Below, piece by piece: positions 10,302-20,180 of a stretch of DNA of 64,000 bases. Where the stretch lies: positions 1-64,000 of the forward strand of contig JAZLKX010000039.1 in the NCBI GenBank assembly GCA_045597865.1. Direction: 5' to 3'. The position numbers and the translations under genes are program-made. How positions within the stretch are numbered: position 1 is the stretch's first letter; each line of letters opens with the position of its first letter. Below the pieces are notes generated by a model. It was not told the DNA's origin, searched no databases, and saw only the letters and a program-made list of their open reading frames with translations. The stretch is from Bacilli bacterium (GTDB lineage Bacteria; Bacillota_I; Bacilli_A; RFN20; CAG-826).

Positions 10302-11270
10302 TTATGCAGCTTTTTTAGACTTTTTTTGACGTTGTGGTTTGCCAAGTAGTCTAACTTGCATATTGTGATTAGTAACAAGTAAATTTATAACTGCAAATAA
10401 AGCAATAAATGCAGCTAATGCTACCCAGAAGAACTCTGGTTTAACATTCATATTGCAGAATTTAACATCCCAAGTAAATGTAGTATTAATCTTTTCAACA
10501 ACTTGAGCGCCTTCTGGAACTCCCTCTAATACTTTCATAACGTTATCGTATTGTGATTCAAGGAATAACTTACGAAGTAATGCGACACCATATGTGCCTG
10601 GTAAGAAGCCTGAAACATTAGCAAATCCTCCAAGCATTGAAAGAGGCATATAAGTGCCAATAACGAAACCTGCACCTGCTGAGAAAATAGCAATAACAGA
10701 GTTAAATGAATCGTTGTTAGAGAAGAAGTTAATAATAAAGAATGTAAGCAATGAGCTAACAATAATACCTACTATGATGGCACATACTGTTAATAAGAAG
10801 TTAAGGAAGCTTGTAATAACAAATACGCCATAGCAGGCTAAAATAATGATACAAATAAAGTAAATTAACATGACAATGATAAAGGTAACAAAGAAGTTAA
10901 AAATCATATAGCTTGCTATTAAAGTTCTATTTTTAATAGGTGAGCTTGCAAAATCTTTAACAACGCCTTGTTCTCTATCTTTTAAAACGACATAGCATGT
11001 ATTAAGTGAGACAGTAATGCATGTTAAGCCAATAATTCCTGATAACATCCATGCATCAACTAAGCCATAAGAAGCTTTAATTAACTCATCGCTTGGATGC
11101 GAAATAACTTGTTGCATTAAACTCATTACTGAATTTTGTTCGAGTTGTCTTAAGAAAATTAAGTAAATCAAAATAGAACAAACAGGAACCATTAATGCAA
11201 AGAAGAAGTTTGTTTGGGTTTTGAAGAAACACTTAAAGTGTCTTTTAATAAGTGCATATAATTGGCGCAT
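10302..11270 (-). CDS. ABC-2 type exporter permease
   Basis: multi-TM; DREQGVVKDFASSP; stop/start overlap with the upstream ATPase. Confidence 0.88.
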   Translation of the reverse strand: MRQLYALIKRHFKCFFKTQTNFFFALMVPVCSILIYLIFLRQLEQNSVMSLMQQVISHPSDELIKASYGLVDAWMLSGIIGLTCITVSLNTCYVVLKDREQGVVKDFASSPIKNRTLIASYMIFNFFVTFIIVMLIYFICIIILACYGVFVITSFLNFLLTVCAIIVGIIVSSLLTFFIINFFSNNDSFNSVIAIFSAGAGFVIGTYMPLSMLGGFANVSGFLPGTYGVALLRKLFLESQYDNVMKVLEGVPEGAQVVEKINTTFTWDVKFCNMNVKPEFFWVALAAFIALFAVINLLVTNHNMQVRLLGKPQRQKKSKKAA

Positions 11271-13018
11271 TATTCCTCACCCCCTTCTTCTTTTTTGGCT
11301 TTTCTGCCAGTTACTTTTAAGAAGACGTCATCCATATCGCCTTTCTTAACTTCGAAGTCCTTAATAACAGCTTTATTCTTTTCAATAAAGTCGAGGGCTT
11401 CTTTAACAGTTTTAAAGGCAACATGATAACTCTTTGAATCTTGATCATATTCAAACCTGTGTTCTTTTAGAACAGAGTTCATATCATCACTCTCATCGCA
11501 ATAGATGATAACATAGTTATGAGAGTATTTATTTTTAAGTTCGGTTGGTGTTCCAGATGCAATAATATTACCGTGATCCATAATAACTACATCACTTGCG
11601 CCATCAGCTTCTTCAAGATAATGGGATGTAAGGAAAACGGTCATGTTCTTTTCTTCACGAATTTTATCAATTAATGCCCAGACATCTTTTCTAGTTTTTG
11701 GATCTAAGCCTGTAGTTGGTTCATCTAAAATAAGTAATTCAGGTGAGTTAAGCATACTTCTAGCGATGTCAACTCTTCTTCTTTGACCACCACTTAATTT
11801 GTTAACTCTACGCTTTAAAATAGGCTCAAGATTAAGAATTTGGATGAGTTCTTTGATCTTGGCTTCTCTTTGTTCCTTAGTTGAAGGATAAAATAACGCT
11901 CTAGTTTTTAAGTTATCGATAACTGTTAAATCACCATCTAAGACAGAATTTTGGAAAACAATACCAATTCTTTTCTTAACTTCAGATCTATCTTTTTCTA
12001 AATCAAAGCCATCAACGGTAATTTTTCCAGCATCTTTAGATAAAATGGAGGCAATAATGTTAATGGTTGTAGATTTACCTGCACCATTAATACCTAAGAA
12101 TGCAAATAATGAGCCTCTTTTTACTTTAAATGAGATGTCATTAACTGCTTTAACTTCACCGTATTGTTTAACTAAATGATCCACAACGAGAATGTCTGGA
12201 TTCATCTTATCTTTAATTTTCTTGTAGATTGCAAAATCTTCATCAAATACATTGAGTTTTAAGAAACGATGAACTTCATCAATTTGCCATTGTTTAACAT
12301 TATAAACTTTAAAGAACGGAAACCACTTAATGCCTTGGCAGAAATGTTTTATAACTGTATTTTCTTTAACCGAACGTTGTTCATTAAATCTAAATTCATC
12401 AGGGAAGTATTTAAGGTGTTTTACGCATTTATTTAAAGCTGTTTGATCAGAAAATGCCATATGTTTGGTCTTAATCATCTCTAAAACACGATCAAACATA
12501 CCGGTTTCTTTCATGTAATCAATATTCATGAGTAAAACACCGGCATTAAAGTATTTTCTATTAATCCAAAATCTTCCCATGTAATCATGGCAAGCACAAA
12601 GTTCATAGCCGTTCATGTCGATATCATAAAGTTCTTTAATATCGCCATAGGCCATTGTGTCTGTATCTAAATAAATGACTTTGCCTGAAATTGATGGGAT
12701 GCTTCCAATCAAAAGTCTAAGCAAAGTGTAAGGTGTATAAGAAACTTTTTCATTCTTATTTCCCTTTAAAACAGTTTTATAGTATTCATCACAACTAATA
12801 ATTTCTAAATGTGATTCAGGAGAAAATTCTTTGATTGCGTTATTAATTATTTCGCCGTGTTCAGCTGAAAATGGTTTAAATTCAGGATTTAAGGAAGTGC
12901 AATCCATAGTTAATACAGCAAAACGAATTTGTTCTTTCGTTCTTCTAACAATTGAAAGTGCACTTAATAAGACACCATCAAACATTTTGTCATTACCGCC
13001 ATAAACAATAGTTATCAT
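11270..13018 (-). CDS. fusion of a GT8 glycosyltransferase and an ABC ATP-binding domain
   Basis: N-half: YLDTD, YFNAGVLL, DQTALN, KHF; C-half: GINGAGKS, LSGGQ, LDEPT; start at 13018 behind AAGGAGG. Confidence 0.88.
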   Translation of the reverse strand: MITIVYGGNDKMFDGVLLSALSIVRRTKEQIRFAVLTMDCTSLNPEFKPFSAEHGEIINNAIKEFSPESHLEIISCDEYYKTVLKGNKNEKVSYTPYTLLRLLIGSIPSISGKVIYLDTDTMAYGDIKELYDIDMNGYELCACHDYMGRFWINRKYFNAGVLLMNIDYMKETGMFDRVLEMIKTKHMAFSDQTALNKCVKHLKYFPDEFRFNEQRSVKENTVIKHFCQGIKWFPFFKVYNVKQWQIDEVHRFLKLNVFDEDFAIYKKIKDKMNPDILVVDHLVKQYGEVKAVNDISFKVKRGSLFAFLGINGAGKSTTINIIASILSKDAGKITVDGFDLEKDRSEVKKRIGIVFQNSVLDGDLTVIDNLKTRALFYPSTKEQREAKIKELIQILNLEPILKRRVNKLSGGQRRRVDIARSMLNSPELLILDEPTTGLDPKTRKDVWALIDKIREEKNMTVFLTSHYLEEADGASDVVIMDHGNIIASGTPTELKNKYSHNYVIIYCDESDDMNSVLKEHRFEYDQDSKSYHVAFKTVKEALDFIEKNKAVIKDFEVKKGDMDDVFLKVTGRKAKKEEGGEE

Positions 13019-13166
13019 GTGGTCCTCCTTCATCATTTAAAAAATACTAGATTACCTAATATATCGAAAATTATACCACTAAGGTATATAAACTGATAGA
13101 AAAAATAATCATAATACGTACAAAAAGAATAGATGACCAATCGGCCATCTTTTAAATTGATCTAGA

Positions 13167-13934
13167 TTATTGTAGTTTTTTCTTTTTTAAGAAAATACGT
13201 AAGCCAAAACCTAAGTAACAAGCAACAGTTAAAACCACAAAGATTGCAACAAACCAATTGAAGTTGCTAACTGAAGTAAAGTTCAAAAGAACAACTGAAC
13301 CACTTAGAGCAAACATAGCAATTACTGGTGAATAATCAAATCTAACTTCACCACGATTCATAAACTCATAAAGCATAAATCCAAAAAGAGGAATTTCCGC
13401 AAAAACAGCAAGTAATGTGAAGGTATAGAACGGCACTAGTGTTGCTTCATTAACTGAGGTATATGCTACTGGAATAGCCATTGAAAATAATGTAAGAAAA
13501 ACAAGTGAAACGATTGAATTGTAGTTATTTTTGTTACGCTTGCAAGAATCGATAGTAACGCATACCATGGCACCAATTAAGAATCCATAAGCTATAAATT
13601 GAAGCCAAGAAAGTGTAAATCCAGTATGCATCATTCCTGAAACAAGAAGGATCATTGAACCTAAAATGACTTCTTTCCAATTAAACTCATAATTTTCTTT
13701 CTTAAAAACTTGAATTACCATTTTGAAAATAGGTTCTGCGAGTAAAACCGCACCTGTTGTTATAAATAAAACAACAATAGCGTAATAAATGGTTGGCATT
13801 ACGTTATTACTAACAAGTGCATATTCACCACCATTTTGAACACTCAAAATTAAAGCTAAAATACGCTCAACTAAAAGTATGAGTGTATAGCCGATAAATC
13901 CGATAGAAATGAGTCTATTCAATAATTTGTTCAT
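13167..13934 (-). CDS. multi-pass membrane protein, unknown function
   Basis: about 8 hydrophobic helices; start moved to ATG 13934 (AAAGG upstream). Confidence 0.75.
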   Translation of the reverse strand: MNKLLNRLISIGFIGYTLILLVERILALILSVQNGGEYALVSNNVMPTIYYAIVVLFITTGAVLLAEPIFKMVIQVFKKENYEFNWKEVILGSMILLVSGMMHTGFTLSWLQFIAYGFLIGAMVCVTIDSCKRNKNNYNSIVSLVFLTLFSMAIPVAYTSVNEATLVPFYTFTLLAVFAEIPLFGFMLYEFMNRGEVRFDYSPVIAMFALSGSVVLLNFTSVSNFNWFVAIFVVLTVACYLGFGLRIFLKKKKLQ

Positions 13935-14095
13935 AATTAAAAACCTTTTTGATATTAATATAATAACAAAAAAGAGATGTAATTTAAAAGAAAACTGTAA
14001 AATGTGAACAAAAACTAGTGTTTGTTCGCTAAAAAACAAGTTAAGTTTGTTAAAAATTAACATTACTTCTATAATATTAAGCGGGAGATTTTACT

Positions 14096-14980
14096 ATGAA
14101 CAAAACCGAATTAATTGAATTAACTCAAGAGCTTTTAGGTTTAAAAAGTCTTGAAGATAGAAAAGATGATTTGCTTTTCTTGAAAAGAGAATACAAACAC
14201 TACTCAAATAGAGATGAAGACTCATTTTATGAGCAACAACTCACCAACAAATTCATCTCTTTGTATTTAGAACTTGCAAAGAAAGAACCAAAGCTTGTTC
14301 AATCAAGTGCTGATGAAAGAAAAGAAATCATTGCACTGACAAAAGCATTAATGAATAGAGATGACATTCTTAAAGCTTCTAAAGACTTAGATAATTATAT
14401 TGAAGCCTTTAAAAGAGCGGGAAGTTCATCTAAAGAAGTTGATGATGCTTTATGGGCAGAGTTTAGAGATGCAAAAAATGCTTTCTTAGATAAAAAGAGA
14501 GAATTCTTTGATAACTTAGATAAACTTAATGAAGAAAAGAAAGCAAAAAAGCTCGAAATTATCGCAAAAGCAAAAGAACTTCTTGTGATTAAAAACATTA
14601 AAGAATCCAATGACAAGATGGATGCTTTAATGGCTGAATGGAAAGCCATTGGCTTTTCAGGCAGAGACAATGATCAAGCTTTATGGAATGAATTTTCTGA
14701 AGTTCGTAAAGATTTCGAACAAAAGAAAAGAGAACACCACCACGAGATGATCAAAGAGTTCGAAGTTAGAGCAGAAAAGAAAGAACAAATGATTAAAGAC
14801 ATGAAGAAATTAATCGCAGATGCTTACTTTACTCCAGAAGAAGTCAAACAAGTTAAACAATTAGATTCTGACTTCAAACATATAGGTTTTGCCGGCAAAG
14901 ACAAAGATGATGATTTGTTTAATAGATGGAACGCATTAGTTAAACAATACTTTGAAGAAAAGAAGTTCTACGCTGATTAA
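14096..14980 (+). CDS. DUF349 domain-containing helical-repeat protein
   Basis: repeated WKAIG / LWAEF / LWNEF / LFNRW units. Confidence 0.85.
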   Translation: MNKTELIELTQELLGLKSLEDRKDDLLFLKREYKHYSNRDEDSFYEQQLTNKFISLYLELAKKEPKLVQSSADERKEIIALTKALMNRDDILKASKDLDNYIEAFKRAGSSSKEVDDALWAEFRDAKNAFLDKKREFFDNLDKLNEEKKAKKLEIIAKAKELLVIKNIKESNDKMDALMAEWKAIGFSGRDNDQALWNEFSEVRKDFEQKKREHHHEMIKEFEVRAEKKEQMIKDMKKLIADAYFTPEEVKQVKQLDSDFKHIGFAGKDKDDDLFNRWNALVKQYFEEKKFYAD

Positions 14981-14997
14981 TATGAAAGGAGAATGAA

Positions 14998-15630
14998 ATG
15001 ACACTCAAGAAATTAATTGGAATAGGTTTTTACGGATTAATTATTGCTGTATTTGCATATTTTGGAATTTCTGGATTTGTATTAGGTGGCAATTCCATAA
15101 GTTCATTTTTTACCCTTATTTTCTACATCTGTTCTGCTATTAGTGGAATCATTGGCTTAATAGCAGTTCTAAAAGATGAAAATTCACTCACTTCATTAAG
15201 AATGTCCAGTTCAGCATTTGGTTTTCTAGGTGCAACTTTTATGCTTTACACAATCTTTAAATTAGTTGCTGAAATCTCTGATGAAGGAAAAGTTTCTGCA
15301 ATGACCATCATTTTATTAGTACTATCATTTATTTATACGATTTCATTAAGTGTTGGTTCTTCGTATGTTTCAAAATATGTTTTGGGTAAAAATGGCGATA
15401 CTATAAAGCAAATGAACCCTAAAGCATATGAGAAATTACAAGCAATGAGTCAAAAAGAAATTGCCAAAAAAAGAATAGCATCCCTTGTATCTTTCATTTT
15501 TGTTATTCCTCTAATGGTTTTGATGTACAAAAACAATTTATCTAATACTAGAGTTCTTATCTTCTTTATAGGCGTTATTTGTATTAGCTTAACAGGTATT
15601 GCCTTTCTTGAAATCGATCGTTTTTTCTAA
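14998..15630 (+). CDS. membrane protein, unknown function
   Basis: about 6 TM helices; AAGGAG RBS. Confidence 0.75.
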   Translation: MTLKKLIGIGFYGLIIAVFAYFGISGFVLGGNSISSFFTLIFYICSAISGIIGLIAVLKDENSLTSLRMSSSAFGFLGATFMLYTIFKLVAEISDEGKVSAMTIILLVLSFIYTISLSVGSSYVSKYVLGKNGDTIKQMNPKAYEKLQAMSQKEIAKKRIASLVSFIFVIPLMVLMYKNNLSNTRVLIFFIGVICISLTGIAFLEIDRFF

Positions 15631-15645
15631 TTTTATAAAAAATAA

Positions 15646-15676
15646 TAAAGAGGCCATTCAAAAGAATGGCCTTTTC
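15646..15676. terminator. intrinsic terminator between convergent genes
   Basis: AGGCCATTC-AAAA-GAATGGCCT followed by a T-tract. Confidence 0.8.
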
Positions 15677-15749
15677 TATTGTTTTGTGCCTTTAGACCGT
15701 AAGGGTTTAAAGGCCCGATTATTCGCTATATATAGGGGTTAATGCCTAA

Positions 15750-16910
15750 TTATATGCTGTAATCAAAGATGTATTCAGAATTCTCAAAGAATCTAATGTG
15801 CATTGTTTTTGCTTTTGGATCAATTACATTTGTAAATGATGATTGCCAATACCAAGGTAATGCTTTCTTCTCCTCTTCACTCATCTTATCAAGTGTTGTT
15901 TCTTTAAGTTCATGGAGAGCAGCATAAACGGCTTCTTTATTAGCATCATCCATTAATTCATCAAATGTAAGTGGGTTTCCATCAAATGTACAAGCTTCAC
16001 TTCTCATATCAAATGGGCATTCATCAAGTTTGTAAACGTTTGAATAGCTTAAATTGTTCATTAAATCGTACATTGATTCTTTATCAGTGACTTCTGCTAA
16101 ATGTTTATCAATGTAATCTGTACGACCAATACCAAACTTAAGTTCTGCTTCAGCATTTAATTCTGGAGTTACATAATAATTTGAATGACGTGTTTGTTTA
16201 TCGTTAAAGTAAACTTTATTGTGTGCAATCTCTAAGATTCCATAGTTGCCTTCAGCATCTGCTAAACAGTAAGCAAAGTTCCAGTCGCCTGCACAGTTAT
16301 AGATGTTGATATTATTCTTAGCATATTCCACTGCTTCTGGAACATTTGCACAATGTGCAGTTAAGAAACGAGTTACTTGAACCATGTTAACTAGAGTTGG
16401 TGCTGACTTATTAGTGCCATCACATCCGAATTTATCTGACCCGTCTTTATTCTTTTCTGGGTTTCTCATATCAATTTCGCAATAAAAACCTTTTTCATTA
16501 ATAATGTCACCACAATAGAACGGAATGAGTTTCTTCCACTCATCAGTTAAACCATGATCTCTAATATCTTCAAAGTCTTGTGCAGTTTTATTAACGCCAT
16601 AGGAGAAGCCTAATGTTTTGTATTCTCCCGGTACTTCAGTTCTAACTATAAAGGCTGATTTCTTTGAATAGGAATAGTCCATATTTCTTCCTACTATAAG
16701 ATTTCCGCCGCCTAAGTCTTTAACAACTGCAGTACAACCATGACCACCAACTGGTGTATTTTTAAAGTGTTCTTCTGCAAAAGAATAGTCAATTTCCTTA
16801 TAGGTTGGCATTTCGATTAAGTAATCTTTAAGGATATTGAATTTGGTTTCACCACATGATGCTAAGCAAAATGTTGCAAGCAATGGTAACGTCTTTAATA
16901 CTTTGTTCAT
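15750..16910 (-). CDS. lipoprotein Ntn hydrolase (linear amide C-N hydrolase; choloylglycine hydrolase/acid ceramidase-like)
   Basis: lipobox LASC; G|CT nucleophile site, GRNMD, INEKG, SNYY. Confidence 0.88.
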   Translation of the reverse strand: MNKVLKTLPLLATFCLASCGETKFNILKDYLIEMPTYKEIDYSFAEEHFKNTPVGGHGCTAVVKDLGGGNLIVGRNMDYSYSKKSAFIVRTEVPGEYKTLGFSYGVNKTAQDFEDIRDHGLTDEWKKLIPFYCGDIINEKGFYCEIDMRNPEKNKDGSDKFGCDGTNKSAPTLVNMVQVTRFLTAHCANVPEAVEYAKNNINIYNCAGDWNFAYCLADAEGNYGILEIAHNKVYFNDKQTRHSNYYVTPELNAEAELKFGIGRTDYIDKHLAEVTDKESMYDLMNNLSYSNVYKLDECPFDMRSEACTFDGNPLTFDELMDDANKEAVYAALHELKETTLDKMSEEEKKALPWYWQSSFTNVIDPKAKTMHIRFFENSEYIFDYSI

Positions 16911-16924
16911 GTTTAAATTCTCCT

Positions 16925-18706
16925 TTATCTTTCAGTATAAGTATAAACTTTTTCACCTTCAAAATATGTATTTAATATTTTAGCGTCATGAATGGTTCTT
17001 AATTGAGCACCTTCATAATTTAAAATGTTTTCACCAAGCACAACAAAGTCTGCATATTTACCAACTTTAATTGAACCTCTTTCATTTTCAATGCCCAATT
17101 GATAAGCACCGTTAATAGTTAAAGCTTTTAAAGCGTCTCTAACTGATATTAATTCATTTGCAGCGAATACTTGCCCATCATCTCCTGGAGCCATACCTGT
17201 TGTTGATACTTCAATAACATTTAAGATGTTAGGGTCGACATCCATTGCTGCAGGTGCATCTGTTGAAGAAGACACAATTACACCCTTGCTCATTAATGAT
17301 TTCATTGGGTAACCACTGTAATAATAATCTTCACCAATATTTCCAACAATTAAATCTTTAGTAGCTTTACTATCTGGATTTTTTTCATTGTAATCAGTAT
17401 GCCAAAGTAAATTCTCTGCTACTGGGATTTTATTTTGAGCTGCTCTATCAATATCATCTGCAGTTATATTTCTAACGTGACCTAGACAATTACGATATTG
17501 TTTATTATTTAAAGTGTTTGATTTAATGTATGCATCAATAGCAGATTTACATGCTCCATCTCCAAATGTATGAGAATGAATAGTCAAACCTTTTTGGTTT
17601 GCATAGCTCACTAGAGCATCAATTTCAGATTGTTCCCAAATAATATTTCCGTGTATTTTGTCATCAACAGGGTTTTTATATTCACCTAAAATCCACCCTG
17701 TGCCACTTTCAACAACACCATCTATAAATAATTTAATATAGCTAGCATCACAATGCTTGCTTGAGTACTTGTTTTTAATTTCGACAATATCATCAATAAT
17801 TTCTTTATATTGTGAAGCATCAAAGCTTTTCATATTGAATGATTCAGAAATATTGATTTTTAATTTGTTTTCATTATCCATTTTCTGAAGTGCTTCATAT
17901 AATCCAGTTGGATCATACATATTTGTAAATGCATCAAGTGAGTTTGTATAGCCTTGAGATAAAAGTTCATTCATGCCGTATTCACATGCATTTCTATATT
18001 GTTCATCAGTTAATGGTCTATTAATAGCCTTATCAGTAACATAAAAAACAGCCTGATCACCAACATAACCAGTGAGTTCACCATTTTTATCTAAATAAAC
18101 AGCGCCACCCCTAACTGTTGGGTTTTCTTTTGTTATTCCAGCTTTAGTAAGTGCAGTTTTATTGCACACTGCTGAATGGCCACTATCATCAATTAAAACT
18201 ACCGGTATACCAGGTGCCTTTGCTTCTATTTCCTCAGCAAAATTATAGCCTTCAACTTTTTTATCATGTAAAGTCATAGTTCTCCAGCCAAAGGAAACAA
18301 ATTGAGTAATATGTTCTTCTTTAAATTTCTTTTCTAGAATATCAAGAACTTCTTCGTATGTTTTCCCGCTTCCTGGAAGCTGAGAGTTTAAACCTACTCC
18401 ATCGAAGTAATGAGCATGTCCTTCAGTACAACCTGGAATAATTAAACCTTGGTCAGTTCTATCAATGACTTCAGTCTTACCTTCTTTAATGTATGCCTTG
18501 GCTCCCTCTTTAGTGCCTACATATACGTATTTTCCGCCTTTAACAGCGAATGCTTCTGCTAAACCATTGTTTTCTTCTTCTGATGTAAAAATGTTTGAAT
18601 AGACTACTAAATCAGCAGCTTCTTTTCCACATGAAGATAAAGCACCCATTGTTAAACAAAGAATAGGTGTTACAAACATTGATTTTAATACTTTACTTTT
18701 TGACAT
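16925..18706 (-). CDS. lipoprotein YtcJ-like metal-dependent amidohydrolase (amidohydrolase 3)
   Basis: lipobox LSSC; PGCTEGHAH, IKLFIDG, HSHTFGD, STDAP, GSIKVGKYADFVVL. Confidence 0.9.
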   Translation of the reverse strand: MSKSKVLKSMFVTPILCLTMGALSSCGKEAADLVVYSNIFTSEEENNGLAEAFAVKGGKYVYVGTKEGAKAYIKEGKTEVIDRTDQGLIIPGCTEGHAHYFDGVGLNSQLPGSGKTYEEVLDILEKKFKEEHITQFVSFGWRTMTLHDKKVEGYNFAEEIEAKAPGIPVVLIDDSGHSAVCNKTALTKAGITKENPTVRGGAVYLDKNGELTGYVGDQAVFYVTDKAINRPLTDEQYRNACEYGMNELLSQGYTNSLDAFTNMYDPTGLYEALQKMDNENKLKINISESFNMKSFDASQYKEIIDDIVEIKNKYSSKHCDASYIKLFIDGVVESGTGWILGEYKNPVDDKIHGNIIWEQSEIDALVSYANQKGLTIHSHTFGDGACKSAIDAYIKSNTLNNKQYRNCLGHVRNITADDIDRAAQNKIPVAENLLWHTDYNEKNPDSKATKDLIVGNIGEDYYYSGYPMKSLMSKGVIVSSSTDAPAAMDVDPNILNVIEVSTTGMAPGDDGQVFAANELISVRDALKALTINGAYQLGIENERGSIKVGKYADFVVLGENILNYEGAQLRTIHDAKILNTYFEGEKVYTYTER

Positions 18707-18807
18707 AACGGTACCTCGTATAACAATTCTATTTTAATTACTTTGATATGGGAAAGTAAATAAAATATATAAAAAGCGCCGTATTTAGCGACGCTTTGAT
18801 TATAGAT

Positions 18808-20160
18808 TTAGAACTTAATCTCGTATGTTAACTTTTCTTTTTCAAAAAGCTTAATAAGCATTGATTTCTTTTTACAGTTAACTGAGAATGATGCACCAGT
18901 TGTGAAAATACCGCCATCTTCTCTTAAATCAGCTTCATCACCAGCGTAATACTTTAAAAGGTATTCTTTCCAATGCTTTTTATTTAAACGTTCAGTGATA
19001 ACTTCTTTAACAAGTGGGAAGTTTTCATCATCTTCAATCCATTTTGTGGTACTTCTTAAGCAAGCTTCTTCATCTCCTTCAAGTTCTGGAGCGTATTCAA
19101 GATCTTCATCAAGTGGGATTGTTGTTGAGAAATCACTTCTCCAGTCAATCGATGGATTTCCATCTTTGTCCACAAAGTGGACCTTGCCATTTTCGTCTTG
19201 GTATGAATATTCCATATCAAGAATTTCTCTGCACCACATTGGTTGTTTCATGTGTTCAAGCATTTCTTTTTGGTTTTGAACGTCTTCAAGACCTCTTAAA
19301 GCTTCTGCAAAACGGCCAATTCCTGAACCGCCTCTTTCAAGATGGTTAAATCTTGGCGATAAGTAATAATTTGCTTGAGCACATTGATATGGGAGGTAAA
19401 CAATTTCATCTTGAGCAATTTCAATAACACCAAATTCTCCTGTAGCATCTCCAACATAATAAGCGTATTGAGTTGGCATAATATTATTAAAGTATGGAGT
19501 TGATACGATATTAATATCGTTTTTCAAATAATCTAGGACTTCTTTAACTGTCGAACAATTCATTGTCATCATTCCAACAAGCATGTTGGTATAAACAGTT
19601 TCTTTTTCTGGATTTGTACCAGTATTGACTAAGTCTTCATCTGGTTCTCTAACGTTAGCTTGAACGTATAAACCTTTTTCATTCATTGAGTCAGTGACAC
19701 CATATGGAAGAGAATTCATATAAGCTTTGTAGTCTTCATCTTCGCGATCAGCTTCTTTAAACTCTTTATAAGTATAAGTGTCGTAGTTCATGAATCTTAA
19801 TGAAATAGTTTCATACTTACCAAAAGAAGTTTTAATAAAGAATGCATTACAATTAGATACTTCGTTATCTAAGTTCCTTCCAATTAATACTTCGCCTTTA
19901 TCATTTAATTTAGCACATGCTGTACAAGCTCCGAAAATTACGTATTTAGCATCATCAATGTTATATTTTTCCTCCATATAACTTCTTGCAGCTTCAAAAT
20001 CAGATGTTTTATATTCATCTAACTGAATAACGTAATCTCCTAAATCTTGGAACCCTTGTTCTGTTGTAACAAACTTTCTAAGGTGCAAATATTCACCGTT
20101 TGTACAACCAGTTAAAAGGGTTACTAGTGCTAATGGGATTAATGCTTTTGTTTTTTTCAT
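18808..20160 (-). CDS. lipoprotein Ntn hydrolase (linear amide C-N hydrolase family)
   Basis: lipobox LTGC; A|CT, GRNLD, DSMNEKG, ANYY. Confidence 0.88.
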   Translation of the reverse strand: MKKTKALIPLALVTLLTGCTNGEYLHLRKFVTTEQGFQDLGDYVIQLDEYKTSDFEAARSYMEEKYNIDDAKYVIFGACTACAKLNDKGEVLIGRNLDNEVSNCNAFFIKTSFGKYETISLRFMNYDTYTYKEFKEADREDEDYKAYMNSLPYGVTDSMNEKGLYVQANVREPDEDLVNTGTNPEKETVYTNMLVGMMTMNCSTVKEVLDYLKNDINIVSTPYFNNIMPTQYAYYVGDATGEFGVIEIAQDEIVYLPYQCAQANYYLSPRFNHLERGGSGIGRFAEALRGLEDVQNQKEMLEHMKQPMWCREILDMEYSYQDENGKVHFVDKDGNPSIDWRSDFSTTIPLDEDLEYAPELEGDEEACLRSTTKWIEDDENFPLVKEVITERLNKKHWKEYLLKYYAGDEADLREDGGIFTTGASFSVNCKKKSMLIKLFEKEKLTYEIKF

Positions 20161-20180
20161 AAATTTTTCTCCTTAAAACA

